From: Paraspadella gotoi
Taxonomy: Eukaryota; Animalia; Chaetognatha
DNA length: 64,000 nucleotides
Reading direction: 5' to 3'
Assembly: GCA_051294375.1 (NCBI GenBank)
Contig: CM119270.1
Span: 12,461,676-12,525,675 of the forward strand
Shown here: piece after piece, positions 1-58,168 of the stretch
Layout of the letters: every line of letters begins with the position of its first letter
How positions within the stretch are numbered: the first letter of the stretch is position 1
The notes under the pieces: generated by a model
What the model was told of the DNA's origin: nothing
The model's database searches: none
What the model saw: only the letters and a program-made list of their open reading frames with translations
Program-made: the position numbers and the translations under genes

Positions 1-251
1 AAGAAACAAAAATACAAGCACCTTGGATTTCTGTTTAATTAACCGTTAACTATACTTTATTTAACTTACTGAGTCCTAATAACTTTCGTCAGTCAAGACA
101 AAATAAAGGATATAGGATGGCCGCCGATCCGCCTAAAAACGCACAAATGAGCCTTTTTTTTTCTCAAATAAACTAAAGGCAAATTGCAAAGAAAAACAAT
201 TTTTCCTCTCACCCACACAACCAATCGTTTGTGACCCTTGAACCCATCCAC

Positions 252-455
252 TAGAGCGAGACGGAATTCTCCGTCCCTGCGTCTCGGCCACCCACCGGGT
301 TCGATCCCATGCGCGTCCAGTCTCGCCCCTCACCCTTCAAAGTCCTGCTATGGGACGTGAGACTGAGCCAGACCTGGATGGGCCTTTTCCAGATCTTCAG
401 AGGCTCCAACCGCCCGAGAGTGGGAATTCGGCCCTTCGTGCAAGCGGGGGACGAA
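252..455 (+). mobile_element. Possible tRNA-derived SINE
   Basis: B-box GGTTCGATCC at 298-307 within a GC-rich island in AT-rich DNA; A-box weak. Confidence 0.3.
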
Positions 456-1872
456 GGAGAGACCCGGAAGAAAGGGATGAATGGCGAAAAGAACGGAACA
501 ACGTTCCGTGCACCAATTCTTGTGAGGACATCGTTTATTGGCTTGTTTCTTTTTTCCACTCTTTTATTTTTTTCAGTTTTTTAAAATTGATTTTCTTACT
601 TCAGTTTTCCCTATAGATGAGTAATCATTTCCCCTATCGTACTATATATAATAATAAGTACTAATATATACTACTGAAAATTCACATTTGTTTTTTTTTT
701 TTTTCGCTCCCCTTCTTAATTCTTTCTTTCTTTTTACTTTTTTATCTTTTTTTCTCTCTTCCCTGTTTTTTTTTCGTTTTTAAAACCGCTTTCTCCCAAT
801 TTCTTTTTCTCAGAAAAAAAGCCCTCTTGACTCCGTTGCCCGGACGCCGCCAGTGTCGAATCAAAAAGTGGGATAAATGCTTTTTACGGATGGTCTCAAG
901 CAACTTCAAAATGCTCCCTTGGACAGATCGGACACTTATGCCAAGTGAGGGACAAAAATACTTTATTACCGTAGTCTTTCTATGTTCAAATTAAAAAAAT
1001 CTTAACTTTCATATTGAATAAAAGTAATGTTGTCTTTCATCGACCAGGAGCGGGACGTCGTTCCCGGAAATGGCCAACGGACGCAATGATGCAAAGTTTT
1101 GGCGGGAGGGCAATTGTTCGGGCTGTCGGATGGCCGTGGGAATGCACCGACCTTTCTGCAAATGAATTCAGCTGCCTCCTGGATTGAAGGAAGAAAAAGG
1201 GAAGAGTTTTGAACGTAAAGACGGGGCGATTTGGCTATTTCGAAATGCAAATGCAAAGTTGTAAATTTTTTTTTTTATCGTATTGCACAATTATTTAATT
1301 AAGTTTAAAATGTTCGCAGTTTTTTGATGGAAAAGAATAAATTTGGATTTGTTTTTGTGAATGTTAAAAAGATGAAAGAACGTTAAAATACGGAAAGTAC
1401 TTTAGTGATATAGGGCAATTTCAATTGGTGTCTGAATACCAGAACAACGAAATCCGTCATATGGGTAATAGAGACTCGCCTTTTCCCCATTGTAGTTAAG
1501 GCTGTCCCTTACAGGCTGCGATCCTTTTGTGATAGGGAGATAACTACAGTAGTTTAAACTTTTTATTGCGAATTTTTTTCGAGTTAAACGCTCATCTCTT
1601 TTCTGTCCGCTCGATTAGATTTAGAATATCGTTTTTGGAATGCAGCGGCCTTGTCCCGTCCCGGTTTCCGCGGACAATTTTTTTTTCTTCGTCAAACGAT
1701 GGAGGGAAATAGACTACAAGTTTTTTTTTCAAGAAACAACGGACAACAACAATAACCAACAACAACCGAAAGCAACAATAACAACGACTGGAACGTGACG
1801 ACCAAAAAAGTTCAAAAATCTGTGATGTCTGTAAAGTAGGCTTCGAGGGGTATCCAAGATTGATGGTGAAAC

Positions 1873-1938
<66 letters not shown>

Positions 1939-4896
1939 CGAGGAGAGAGGCGTGTTGGTGGTTGTCGCTGTAATGGATCGAGGCAAAGCGAAGAAGTATA
2001 GCTTCGAATGAGGTTAATCGAAGTTTAGTTACCCCACGTAGGGCAATTTCTTAAGTAGAGTCAATGAACTCAGAGGTCTTATAACGACGTCTGTTCATAA
2101 TGTATACGATTTCGAATCTCTACGAAATTCTCACATTTTTTTTTTAACTCTCCAATTTGGAAAAATAAAAAAAAGATCCCAAACCAGGCCTCTTTCGGTC
2201 GGAGAGATAGACATCCTCATCTCTCTCGCTCTCTCTCCCTCTGAGTTTCGCAACGCCAAAAGCTTTTGCTCCACTCTCTGTGACTAGTACGAAAGGGGAA
2301 TAAAAGGAATAAAACGAAAAAAAAAAAGTAAAAATAAAAAATAATAGAATAAAAGCAAAAAAAAAAAATAAACAGCTTCGCTCTGAGGTTAAACGGCGCC
2401 GACGGCTACAGACCCGCCACCGAACGCGGCGTCATTATCCGTAGACAGGCCTCTTCATCCCGAGGTCGTTCTAGTTCATAAGAAAAGCCTTTTCTCTCTC
2501 TCGTCTCGGTCTCTCTCTCCCTGGGTCTCTCCTCCTCTCTCTCTCGTCTCTCTCTCTCTCTTCTCTCTCTCCTCTCTCTCTCTCCCTCCTTCTCCAGCAT
2601 CAGCGTTTCAACAAAGCCCCCCTTCCCAGCATTCTTTCGAATTTTCTATCGCTCGCCGACACCAGACGCCCAAAAGCCTCATGCGGACCATCGCTCAAGC
2701 TTCTTTCTTTTCTCTCCCTCTTCCCTGGTTCCAAAATCTCCTCTCTCTCTCTGTCTCTTTCAAAATCTTCCTCCTCTGAACCTCTCTCCCGGCCTTTCTT
2801 TCCTCCTCTCCTGCCCGTCTTCCCCCCTTGCTCTTTCAAAGGGTATGGTTTCGCGTAGGATTGGCCCATCTCATGGGCTTAATTTCCGTCAACGCGACCA
2901 TTCGGAGAGCCAACAGAAGAACGTTAATCCTCTCCCTCATGCCTTTGTTTCATTGACTCTCGATAGTTTGTCCTCCATCCCCCGGGAACGCTGCCTATTT
3001 CTCGCATGAATAACGCAACGCTCTCCTCTTTCCTCTTTTGCCGTCCTCGACATCCTCTGGAAGCTGCGCGATGGGTTTTAAGTCTCTCTCTCTCTCTCTC
3101 TCTCTCCCTCTCTTTCTCGTCGTCTCTCTTTTCTCTCTCTCTCTCTCGTCGTCGAGTCTCCTGCCCTCTCGCTCTGTCTCTGGCGTCTCTCTCGTCCCTC
3201 GTCGATCCGTTCGTCGCTCAGCCCGGCGGCCTCCTCCCCTCCCATCCAGGCGCCGTCCGGTCTGCGGGCGGCGCACAGCCAATCGCCGGCAGCAGCGGCG
3301 GCCTGCTTCCAAGACTGGCGGCGGCATCCTGCTGCAGCATCGCGCCCGGAATGCTTCTTAGACACCTCAAACACGAATACGGAGCCGGATGAGCGAAGAC
3401 CGTCCCTCGCGGGTGAATCAGGCTGCCAGTGGAAAGCTGCTTTGCCGACGTGGCTGCTGCTGGACGCTGCTGCAAAATGCTGCTGCACGTGACGCAGTCG
3501 TCCCTTAAAGCCGCCCTAACGATTACGATCAATCGTCTTCTTCTCACGATCGAAGTGAAAAAAGAAAAAAAAAAGAAGAATAATCTGCGATCCTCGTTAG
3601 TACAGTAAGCAACAGTTAATTTCCGGCTGCAGAACATACGATGATGATTTTTTTCTTCCTTTCGAGACGGGGTACAGTTCCGGATTTTGAAATTAACACG
3701 GCAATCTACTCTCTCTTCTCCTCATCTTACTCTCATCTGTTTACGTCTCGTCTCTCTCCTCGCTCTCTTCTCTCCTCTCTCTCCTCTTCATCTCGTCCGT
3801 CTCTCTGTTCTCCTCTCTTCTTCTCACATTCACATGGATACTCTTGCGCGAAGCGAGGAGGCACCCATCTTCCATCGCCTCCAGTTAAAGCGAAAGCGAA
3901 TATTTGTAAACATTCTTAATCGTTTTCGTTATTTTTCGTCGTCAAGGTACTGAACTTAAACACTGGAAAAACAAACGTTGTTAACAAAGATTATTCCATT
4001 TTTAGGGCAGACTATTCCGAGTTTTTAAACCGTGTGTGTGCCCTTACTTATGGATCAAAAATAGGTTTTTTTCGATTAAACGTTAAATCGTAAATTATTA
4101 AATTTACGCTAAATNNNNNNNNNNNNNNNNNNNNNNNNNAATATTGATATCTTCATTATTTTTTTATCAACAATATTTTATTATCAAATTTTTTTCACTG
4201 GCGGCTTGGCACGAAATTAATTATTATCGTCACAAAACTTTTTACTAAAAAATTCCGTCAAATTACGTCAAGTTTAAAATTCTAAAAAAAACTTATTCGA
4301 CCGAGATGAAAAAAAGATATTCTGGTCCCTTTTTACTCCCGAGTGACAATATTATGCGTCCGAATGTCATTGTTTAATCGCCCGGACCCCTCTTTGCGCG
4401 CTCACGTCGCCGACCACAACGACGACGCCGACGACGACAATGACGCCGCCTACGCCGCCTCTTCAGTGAGTCGGCCGTCGCCTCCACGCAATGATTCCGA
4501 TTCCATCTCCAAATGATGCAAACGGAAGAGAAAAAAAAGGCTCGGCTTTTCTCTCTCGATTTGTCATCGCGAAATCTAATTCCGTCGCTGCTCCACGTAA
4601 TAAAGGACCCGACGGGTTCGGCTTCTGCGCCGCAACATCGTCAACACGGATGCCGACTCCATTATCACCACCACCTCCACCACCACCACCGCCCCTTCCA
4701 CCGCCTCCCCCCCTCGATCTCGGAGTCTGTCACCACCAGATCCGGAATCCTTGCCGTCGGTGCCATTTGCTTTCGCCTCCATCGATCCTCGTTTTCAACG
4801 AATATATATTTTTTCGTCGCCATTTTCAATTTCGCTGGCGACAGGAGCAGCTACTAAAGTTTTCACACAGATATTTATGACTTTGCTACTAAATCT

Positions 4897-5636
4897 NNNN
4901 NNNNNNNNNNNNNNNNNNNNNNNNNNNNNNNNNNNNNNNNNNNNNNNNNNNNNNNNNNNNNNNNNNNNNNNNNNNNNNNNNNNNNNNNNNNNNNNNNNNN
5001 NNNNNNNNNNNNNNNNNNNNNNNNNNNNNNNNNNNNNNNNNNNNNNNNNNNNNNNNNNNNNNNNNNNNNNNNNNNNNNNNNNNNNNNNNNNNNNNNNNNN
5101 NNNNNNNNNNNNNNNNNNNNNNNNNNNNNNNNNNNNNNNNNNNNNNNNNNNNNNNNNNNNNNNNNNNNNNNNNNNNNNNNNNNNNNNNNNNNNNNNNNNN
5201 NNNNNNNNNNNNNNNNNNNNNNNNNNNNNNNNNNNNNNNNNNNNNNNNNNNNNNNNNNNNNNNNNNNNNNNNNNNNNNNNNNNNNNNNNNNNNNNNNNNN
5301 NNNNNNNNNNNNNNNNNNNNNNNNNNNNNNNNNNNNNNNNNNNNNNNNNNNNNNNNNNNNNNNNNNNNNNNNNNNNNNNNNNNNNNNNNNNNNNNNNNNN
5401 NNNNNNNNNNNNNNNNNNNNNNNNNNNNNNNNNNNNNNNNNNNNNNNNNNNNNNNNNNNNNNNNNNNNNNNNNNNNNNNNNNNNNNNNNNNNNNNNNNNN
5501 NNNNNNNNNNNNNNNNNNNNNNNNNNNNNNNNNNNNNNNNNNNNNNNNNNNNNNNNNNNNNNNNNNNNNNNNNNNNNNNNNNNNNNNNNNNNNNNNNNNN
5601 NNNNNNNNNNNNNNNNNNNNNNNNNNNNNNNNNNNN
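4897..5636. other. Assembly gap (740 N); other gaps at 4115-4139, 6774-6988, 16159-16183, 27015-27039, 38556-38565
   Basis: N runs. Confidence 0.99.
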
Positions 5637-5997
5637 CTCTCTTTCTCTCATGACTAGGCAGTCGACACGGCCCGATTCTGCTACTACCAGCTCTCCTGAT
5701 GATCCTGCGGCCAAGAATGAGTCACGGGTTCCCTTCGATTGTCAAATGTGACGAAAGTACGAAGTGTCGACGAAGCAAATAAACCTCTTAAGCTTTTATT
5801 GAAGTTTTTTACATCGATTTCTTTTCGAATTTCCAAATTTTCAACTTTTAAAAATGAAATAAAATGTGAAGAATGTTTTTTCAGTTACTTCTTAAGCTTC
5901 TTTTAATAAAAGTTTTAGTTCTAGCTGTGTAACTCATGTATCGAGAAGCAAAACACGCTAATCAATTTCTCCCTCTCTCTCTCTCTCTCTCTTCTCT

Positions 5998-6051
<54 letters not shown>

Positions 6052-7423
6052 TAGACGAAAAAACAGATCGGAGAGAAAAGAAAGATACAGATTTTTTCTT
6101 TTCAAAGATTCCTTCCTCTGACTTTTTAAACAAAAAAAACCCCGCAGATTGAGAAAAAGAAAGAAAAAATATCACATTTTTTTCTAATTTTGAAAAAAAA
6201 ATACTAAATTTTAAAGAGCCGAACTTTTTTTTCCTATTTCGTATTTTTCAAAAAAAAAAAGAACTAAAGAAAAAATTAAATCTTAAAACAGATTTTCATC
6301 CTTTCACCGATCTTTTTAAATTCCCTTTACTGATTCTTAAAATTCCCTCAATTAAAAAGAAATAAAAAGAAATAAAAAGAAAATGAAATTATTTTTTCTT
6401 CGGGTTCACATGGCGATGGATGAATTAAACAGATGAATTCTCTCCTTTCAACTTTGTTTATCTTATTGCATTTATTGTATTTAACGAAATAGTATAATGA
6501 AGATTCCACTTTTTAAATTTTTCTACTCGAAACTGCGCACCCTGTTGCGATGCCTCCCGCCTTCTCAGTAATTCTTCCCGAAATACTAAAATATTTCGAA
6601 TACTTTGGGGTATATAATTTGCTTCGAAAAATAAACCGTTCCACTCAGTATCATTAAATATCAACTTCTCTGTCTTTTGTTCGAAAGAAAAGCGAGAGAA
6701 AGTTTTTGAAAAATTGAAATAAAAAAAATATGTTTTGAAAATATAAAAAAAATTAAAACTCAAGATATTTTTTNNNNNNNNNNNNNNNNNNNNNNNNNNN
6801 NNNNNNNNNNNNNNNNNNNNNNNNNNNNNNNNNNNNNNNNNNNNNNNNNNNNNNNNNNNNNNNNNNNNNNNNNNNNNNNNNNNNNNNNNNNNNNNNNNNN
6901 NNNNNNNNNNNNNNNNNNNNNNNNNNNNNNNNNNNNNNNNNNNNNNNNNNNNNNNNNNNNNNNNNNNNNNNNNNNNNNNNNNNNNNNNACGACGACGAAA
7001 ACGACGACGTCGAATCCCCTTCGAAGAAAAGAGGCGAAGTCGTCGTAATTTTTGGTCGAAGAGAGAAATTTCGCCTTCGAAAGTTCGTCGTGTCGTTCGA
7101 TATTATTTCGACTTTATATCTTGGCGACGAATGTAGAGACGCGCAACGCGTCTAGTTGTTGTTGTTCTTAATCGTAATAACGAATATGTCATCGTTTCCT
7201 CCTTTAGTTAATATTTTACTTCGAAAATTACTCCCGCGTTCGCTGGATAAAAAAAAAAATATTGTGAGGCCGACGTCGATGTCAACGAGTCGGACGTTAT
7301 CTCCGAGCAGCGTCGTCGCCCCCTGGCGTGAATCAAACGGGCCAGTGACGCTTCCCCTCGCGGCACGCACTCTGGCGTCAAAAATGCGTCTCCGGCGTCG
7401 ACGGTGACGTCAACCGACTAGCG

Positions 7424-52419
<44,996 letters not shown>

Positions 52420-53695
52420 CGGTAAAGAGTCTAGATCGCAGTCCGCGGCGGTCTGACCCGAGGTCCGACCCCGCCCCGCCCAGGTCCGATCCTCGCCGAT
52501 CGGGCGTCGTCGACGCGAAAACTCTTAAGTGCAAACAGTGACGGATAAAGTGCAAACAGTGATTAGAAGAAAGAAATGTATCCCCCGTCCGAACTCGGAC
52601 AATTTGTGCGAACTTTGCGGAGGAAAGGAAGGGCGATGATTTGACCTTCCCCCTTTCCTCTCTTTACCGTTTACAACTAAAATCAAACTCTATAACTCTC
52701 TCTATCCCTATCTCTCTTTCCTCTAACTCTCTCTCGCGTCGGAAATTCCCTCTCCCACCCTCCGCTTACTCAATGATCAATCTCAATACACATGACCGAA
52801 CGGAAACGTTCTCAAAAAAAAAATAAAAACAAAAAAAAAACAAAACAGTCAAACGTCTATAAAGATACTTAAAGAAACGGAACCACGGATCGAATCCTAC
52901 TCAAAACGGGAGATAACTATTTTGTTTTTTTTAATTTGTATCAGCGTAAATTCTTCTTTTTTTTTGTCCTTACAGCGTTTTGTGTTGTGCTTTCAAGGAG
53001 CTTGTTTAACTTTATTGCTTCAATTTTAATTTAATTTAAATTAATAATTAATAAAATCATCAGCAGCTCTCGGTTTGGAGGTGAGGGGGAAGTAAAAATA
53101 TTAACGGTTACCATTTGAGAATCACGAAGGTTGAAAACATCGTTTAATCCACGGACGTCAAAATGTTTTCTATGTAATCGCCCCACAGTTCCCGAAAAAA
53201 ACGCTGTGACCCACGGCCTGTTTAAAAAAACATTGATAAACCGTGTACTACCGTGCTTTTTACGTGAACTTCATAACCCGACATAGTCTCGGGCGTGACC
53301 AGTCGTGTTTTTTGACTCTCTTTAGTCACCCTTCGCTTTAACCGTGGAATTTCTAACTCAGAATGCGTCGCTTGATAACAACGATATCTAATGTTTGATC
53401 ATCACCCCCCGTTTTAACTGTTCGTCGGTTTCGCAACTCCGACGCGTAATTCGTTAACACCCCATGTGATAGTGTGAAAATCTTTCTCTTCTCGATTCTT
53501 GCCGAACGTTTTAAAATTATAACTATTATTTGCGCAATACTTCTTTAAAAATTACATTTTTCTTCTTTTGGCTTTTAGTTTTTATCCTCGTATCGTAAAA
53601 AATCTATGAAAATCTTCTTTTCTCCGATTCCCTTTTGTAATCCTTTTAATGTTGTTATCGCGGCTTTTTGTTTACTTGGCTTTTAAAAACGCAAA

Positions 53696-53821
<126 letters not shown>

Positions 53822-55402
53822 TGCGCGTGTGCGCGCATATGCTGCCTCTAACATTAAATAGTGAGTCTTCGTACCATTTCAGTATCTTTAATTAATAAGT
53901 ACTTTCTTTAAGTAATTCTGAGAGATTTATCATTGGTCTGCTTCTAAGACGATCGACTTTATTTCAATATTTTAGATCCGTGATTCTAATTTATTATTTT
54001 ATTACTTTCTTTTATTATCTAACTAACAAGTCTTTTGGTAACTTAAAAAGGTTGGATTGTACAACTTTCCTTTATTTATTTATTTGCTATAAACTATGCT
54101 GGGACCTTTTTGATAAGTAGTTTATAGTTTTTCTTGCCTTATGCCAAAATAAATCAATGGTTGAAAAGACCTCGTAGCTTAGTAGATAACTGATAAGACC
54201 ATTTGTTTCATTTTGGTGTGTAAAAGGTACCATCATTCTTTGACCCAGTTTAGTATGTTTCTTGTAACAATGATTGAATGTTAATACAGTTGATAATATC
54301 AAAACCTGCCCGTCTTACATTGTTATGATACGCATAGGTAATTAATTTTACATGAAATTTTACTAAATAGCTAGCACAACGGCTAATTAACAAGACATCA
54401 AAGATTAGTTAATTACCAAAAATCAATACAATCTATAAGTTAATGGACATGTTTATAATTTCAAACAGCGTCTGGAAACAATAAATATGCAAGAAAATTC
54501 TACAGCATTTATGATTTTGTCGGTTCCTTTCATCCCAAGTAAAAAAACGGAGATATTCCCTTTACCAGGTGAACAGTTTACCTCTCAAAGAGGAAGATAA
54601 ATAAATTCATACGTAATTCAACAATATATTGTAATTGAACCATACTTTGAAATTTCTAAGGTTTCCTTCCAAGCTTTTTTTCAGAAAATCCGAGTGACAT
54701 AGAATTATCATAATTATCATACAAACTACCGGGACGATTATCAAAACCTCCTTTCATTTGTGCATGTGACGTTACGAATGTAACAATGTTGTAGAATTCA
54801 TGATTATAACTTTTAAGCGGGTTACTGATTTAAAGAAAAGTACAACTACGAAAACAACGCAATTACACTGGGTTTATCACTTTATAGTTAAAATTTTATT
54901 ATGATAATTCATAATGATAATTCATTTAAAAATATTTTAATTCTTAAACTTGCGTTTATTATCAGTAATTTTTTTTATTTCAAATTTTTGAAATACTACC
55001 ACTACACTATTAGAATTATATTAACCCATCTTTTAATGTTATGCTCAGAAATTCGTCACGAAACAGAGTCAAAGAAATTCATTATTAATACCGCGAAACA
55101 GAAAAAAAAAACCAAAATAAAAAGCGGAAAATATATGAGAAGCAAGTTAACGAAAAAAAAAACAGAAAAAAAACACCAGCTAAACGTGCAGAACGTTTCG
55201 ACTAGCGCGTGTAAAAATTCTTCAGTAATAATTTTTCTATCTAATTTTTTTTTGTCAGATCACAAGTTGTAGTGAAGCGGTTTGGTTATCGCCGACTCCT
55301 GGAGCAAAGGAGGTCGCCAAAAAAAATGTCTGGACAAGTTCGCGCGCTCTGGCGAGACGCTTGATAATCTTCGAGGGCGTCCCCGTGACCCTTCGCCGCC
55401 AC

Positions 55403-55735
55403 TCAAACGTCGTAGCCCTCGATGACCTGAACCATCCGACTCCGAGACCCAAGATCGAATGGCAGGAGCCAGAAGAACGCGGGGCCACGCCCGAACACGT
55501 TTCTCAGCAACTCCATCCGGGACTTTTTGCCCCTTCGAGGAGCAGGGTCCTCCCTTCTGGATGAGCGGCCGGCGCCGGGAGAGTCGGCACGGGTCGGGGA
55601 GGAGCCACCACCGCGTTGCAGGGCGTCAATGGGAGATTCGTCGCTGAAGACGGCGCCTATCTGGTCGCTGAGGATGGCGACGACGAAGAGGCCGAACAAA
55701 AGGGACACGATGGCCAGGATAATGGAATGGAGAAT
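55403..55735 (-). CDS. ZDHHC3: ZDHHC3/7-like exon 4 (TM4, C-tail ending GYDV)
   Basis: [33 protein letters not shown]. Confidence 0.9.
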   Translation of the reverse strand: MLHSIILAIVSLLFGLFVVAILSDQIGAVFSDESPIDALQRGGGSSPTRADSPGAGRSSRREDPAPRRGKKSRMELLRNVFGRGPAFFWLLPFDLGSRSRMVQVIEGYDV

Positions 55736-57046
55736 CTAGCCGGGAAATAAGTGAGTGTATTGTATTGCAAAGCATTCTACTTTCAGTTGGTAAATTAAGA
55801 TTTTGTTTATTTTTATTTTATTTTTTTTTTTTTTTTGACAGGAAGCTCTGGGAAAAAGTCATCTAAAGTGATACTGATAAACAAATTATTATTTCATTAT
55901 TTATTAATTGATTATTAAATTCTTCCCTGCGTCCAAAAAGCGAGCAGAAGGTAAGTTCAGGATAAGTTCAGTTTCGGCTCATTTCGCTTCTCACCCTGTC
56001 ATCCTGTGACAAATTTATTCAAACCTGACAAGCTGGCCAGCTGAGTCGACACTTTTTTCAATCCGACTCTTTGGCCTCACAGGAACCTTACCTTGGCCTC
56101 CTGAGATTTGAGGTGAGCGGAGACTGGATCGATGGCCCACGAGGCGATGATGAGGACGAGGCTGCTGACGGATGTGAGGCCCACGTAGATGAGGAACTGA
56201 GACGAAAACGAAGAATAAGTTTCTTCTGAAATACTACAGTATAAAACTCTTTATAGTAGTATCATTGTTAATCGTCGTTCACCTGAATAAAATACTTTTG
56301 GTTCCACTCTCCGACGCAGTTGTTTATCCAGGGGCAGTGATGATCCATTCGACGGATGCAGCGTTTGCAGACGCGACAATGGTGAGCGCGGGGCGGACGG
56401 TACGACTCGCATTTCAAGCAGAGGGTCCAACCGTTGGCCGTCTAATAAAAGGATTCGGATGAAGTAAAAAAAATTAATAAATTTTATTAACTTGGAAGAA
56501 ATATAAAAATATTTTCCATAATATTTTAGTAATAGTTTCTTCAATTAATTGATTACTTTTTATTATCCAATTTAAAAAAATTATTTATTGATTGGTTGCT
56601 GATTGTCTGTTTATAAACATTTAAATGAAAATGAAATTGATAAATAGAGTGACTGATAAGTTTTTGGAAGCTATTTCAGACTAAATTTAAATAAACGACG
56701 CGTTGATCACCTCAAAAACGGTTCACCACCTTCCACCACTCCGTCAACCACTCTCCCCCCTCCATCCCGTAATCACCTTCGCCTGTTTGAGATCCGGATC
56801 GCTGAGGTCGACGGGCACGTTGGGCAGAGGGACCACACCGGGATCCGAGAGGACGGCTCTCAGATGCGAGACGACCATGAGGCTGACGAGAATGTTGAAG
56901 CCGACGACGACGAAGCACCCGGCGAAGCTGCCGTCCAGCACCGGAAGGACGAGCACCTTGACGACGACGAAGTCCGCGTAGACGATCGCCGCGTAGGTCA
57001 GCGCCAAGCAGGTGATGCCGCAGGCGTCCAGATGGAACACGGCCAT
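55403..57046 (-). CDS. ZDHHC3: DHHC palmitoyltransferase, ZDHHC3/ZDHHC7 (GODZ)-like, 288 aa; exons 57046-56777, 56441-56283, 56196-56092, 55735-55403
   Basis: D(A)CGI.C N-terminus, [58 protein letters not shown], four hydrophobic segments; all introns GT-AG phase 0; intact to TGA. Confidence 0.95.
56092..56196 (-). CDS. ZDHHC3: ZDHHC3/7-like exon 3 (TM3)
   Basis: [20 protein letters not shown]; ctcag acceptor and AAG|GTAAGG donor. Confidence 0.9.
56283..56441 (-). CDS. ZDHHC3: ZDHHC3/7-like exon 2 (DHHC cysteine-rich domain)
   Basis: [13 protein letters not shown]; ttttattag acceptor and CAG|GTGAAC donor. Confidence 0.96.
56777..57046 (-). CDS. ZDHHC3: ZDHHC3/7-like exon 1 (TM1, TM2, DPG)
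   Basis: ATG at 57046, AAG|GTGATT donor. Confidence 0.92.
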
Positions 57047-57646
57047 GGTCCTCTCTTATCGAGATTGCCGGGTGGACGAGCGGCTTGGGACGAGATTATC
57101 ACAAAGGGGGCTTTCGTCGAGGAAGAATGGAGGGAATCAAGGATTCGACGGTGGGAGTCTCGTCATCGTCCGGGTTTTGTTATCGATCGTAGGAGACGGA
57201 AAGGGCGTCCCTTGGAATATCGTTCGCGAGATATGCGACGCTAAGTCATGTTTATGAATTGGAAGACAAAAGTTGTGCGGCTCGAATTGGAAAAATCATG
57301 GTAAAATCGTTTCCTAAAGCTGCTTTTTAAATGAAAAATAAAATAATAAAAATAATAAAAATAGATTATTGCATGTTTGAGAAATATTTATGAAACTAAA
57401 TACGGAACTCAAAAATGAATTACGAAACACATCAACTGGGAGAAATCATTATAGAGCGATTAATAAAACGAGCACGATAAGTTAATTTTTTTATCGACAA
57501 TTTATATGTTTAATAACTCGGCAATAATTCAATTGAATTTGTTTAATATCAAAAACCGAAGCTCTGAGTGTGCCCTGCACTCATGTCGGCAGAACAAAAT
57601 GAGGAAACCATTTTTCTCATCCATCGTCTTATTTCCAACAGCAGGG

Positions 57647-57770
57647 ATTGGACTACGAGAGCAATCTACGGCCGCTGATTGGTTAATGAATGAAATCCTG
57701 GAATGCTCATTGGCTGTGTAGCGCTTGACGTCATTTAGGAAATGTGCCATTTCTCTGAGGAGCCTATTGG
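57647..57770 (-). promoter_or_regulatory. CCAAT-box cluster plus CRE upstream of the ZDHHC gene
   Basis: ATTGG at 57647, 57678, 57709 and 57766; perfect TGACGTCA at 57726-57733. Confidence 0.55.
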
Positions 57771-58041
57771 TCCGGTAAATGCAATGCCGTCCACTGAGGA
57801 ACGTCGTTCGTGAGCGGATAAATTCAATGAGAGTACGCATTTTTGTAATTTCTGTATTTTGTAACCTAAATGAAAAAGATTTAAATATATATAGATTTGA
57901 AATTCCGAAAATATGACGCTTTTGTTTCGGTAGTTGTTGTGGTTTTTGTTGTCGTAGTTCTTTAACCTTGAAGAGACAGTAATTATTGTAATGTGTTAGT
58001 GACAGAACCGTTCAATAAAAGCAGTCCCTGAGCTTCGGATC

Positions 58042-58168
58042 AGGCTGTAACACCATGTTACAGGCGGGTTAAGCGCCCCGTCCCTCTTAACTGCCAGACG
58101 GCCACCGGGGTAGAACGTCGGACCTTTGGGTTGGGAGGCGAATGACTTGCCTCCGGCACCAATGGCCG
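58042..58168 (-). mobile_element. Degenerate tRNA(Gly)-like head, SINE remnant
   Basis: Minus strand ggccattggtg..attcgcctcccaa..gttctaccccggtggcc with paired ends, resembling tRNA-Gly but with broken T-loop and stems. Confidence 0.45.

Noticed and set aside
4751-5714. 300-aa and 279-aa ORFs
   Set aside because: They are poly-X translations of an N gap.
52442-52456. QSAAV as a class I PDZ ligand like IQSEC2 STVV
   Set aside because: Position -2 is Ala, not Ser/Thr, and the frame is uncertain.
58100-58167. Functional tRNA-Gly gene
   Set aside because: T-loop (gttctac) and the anticodon/T stems are broken; better read as a SINE remnant.
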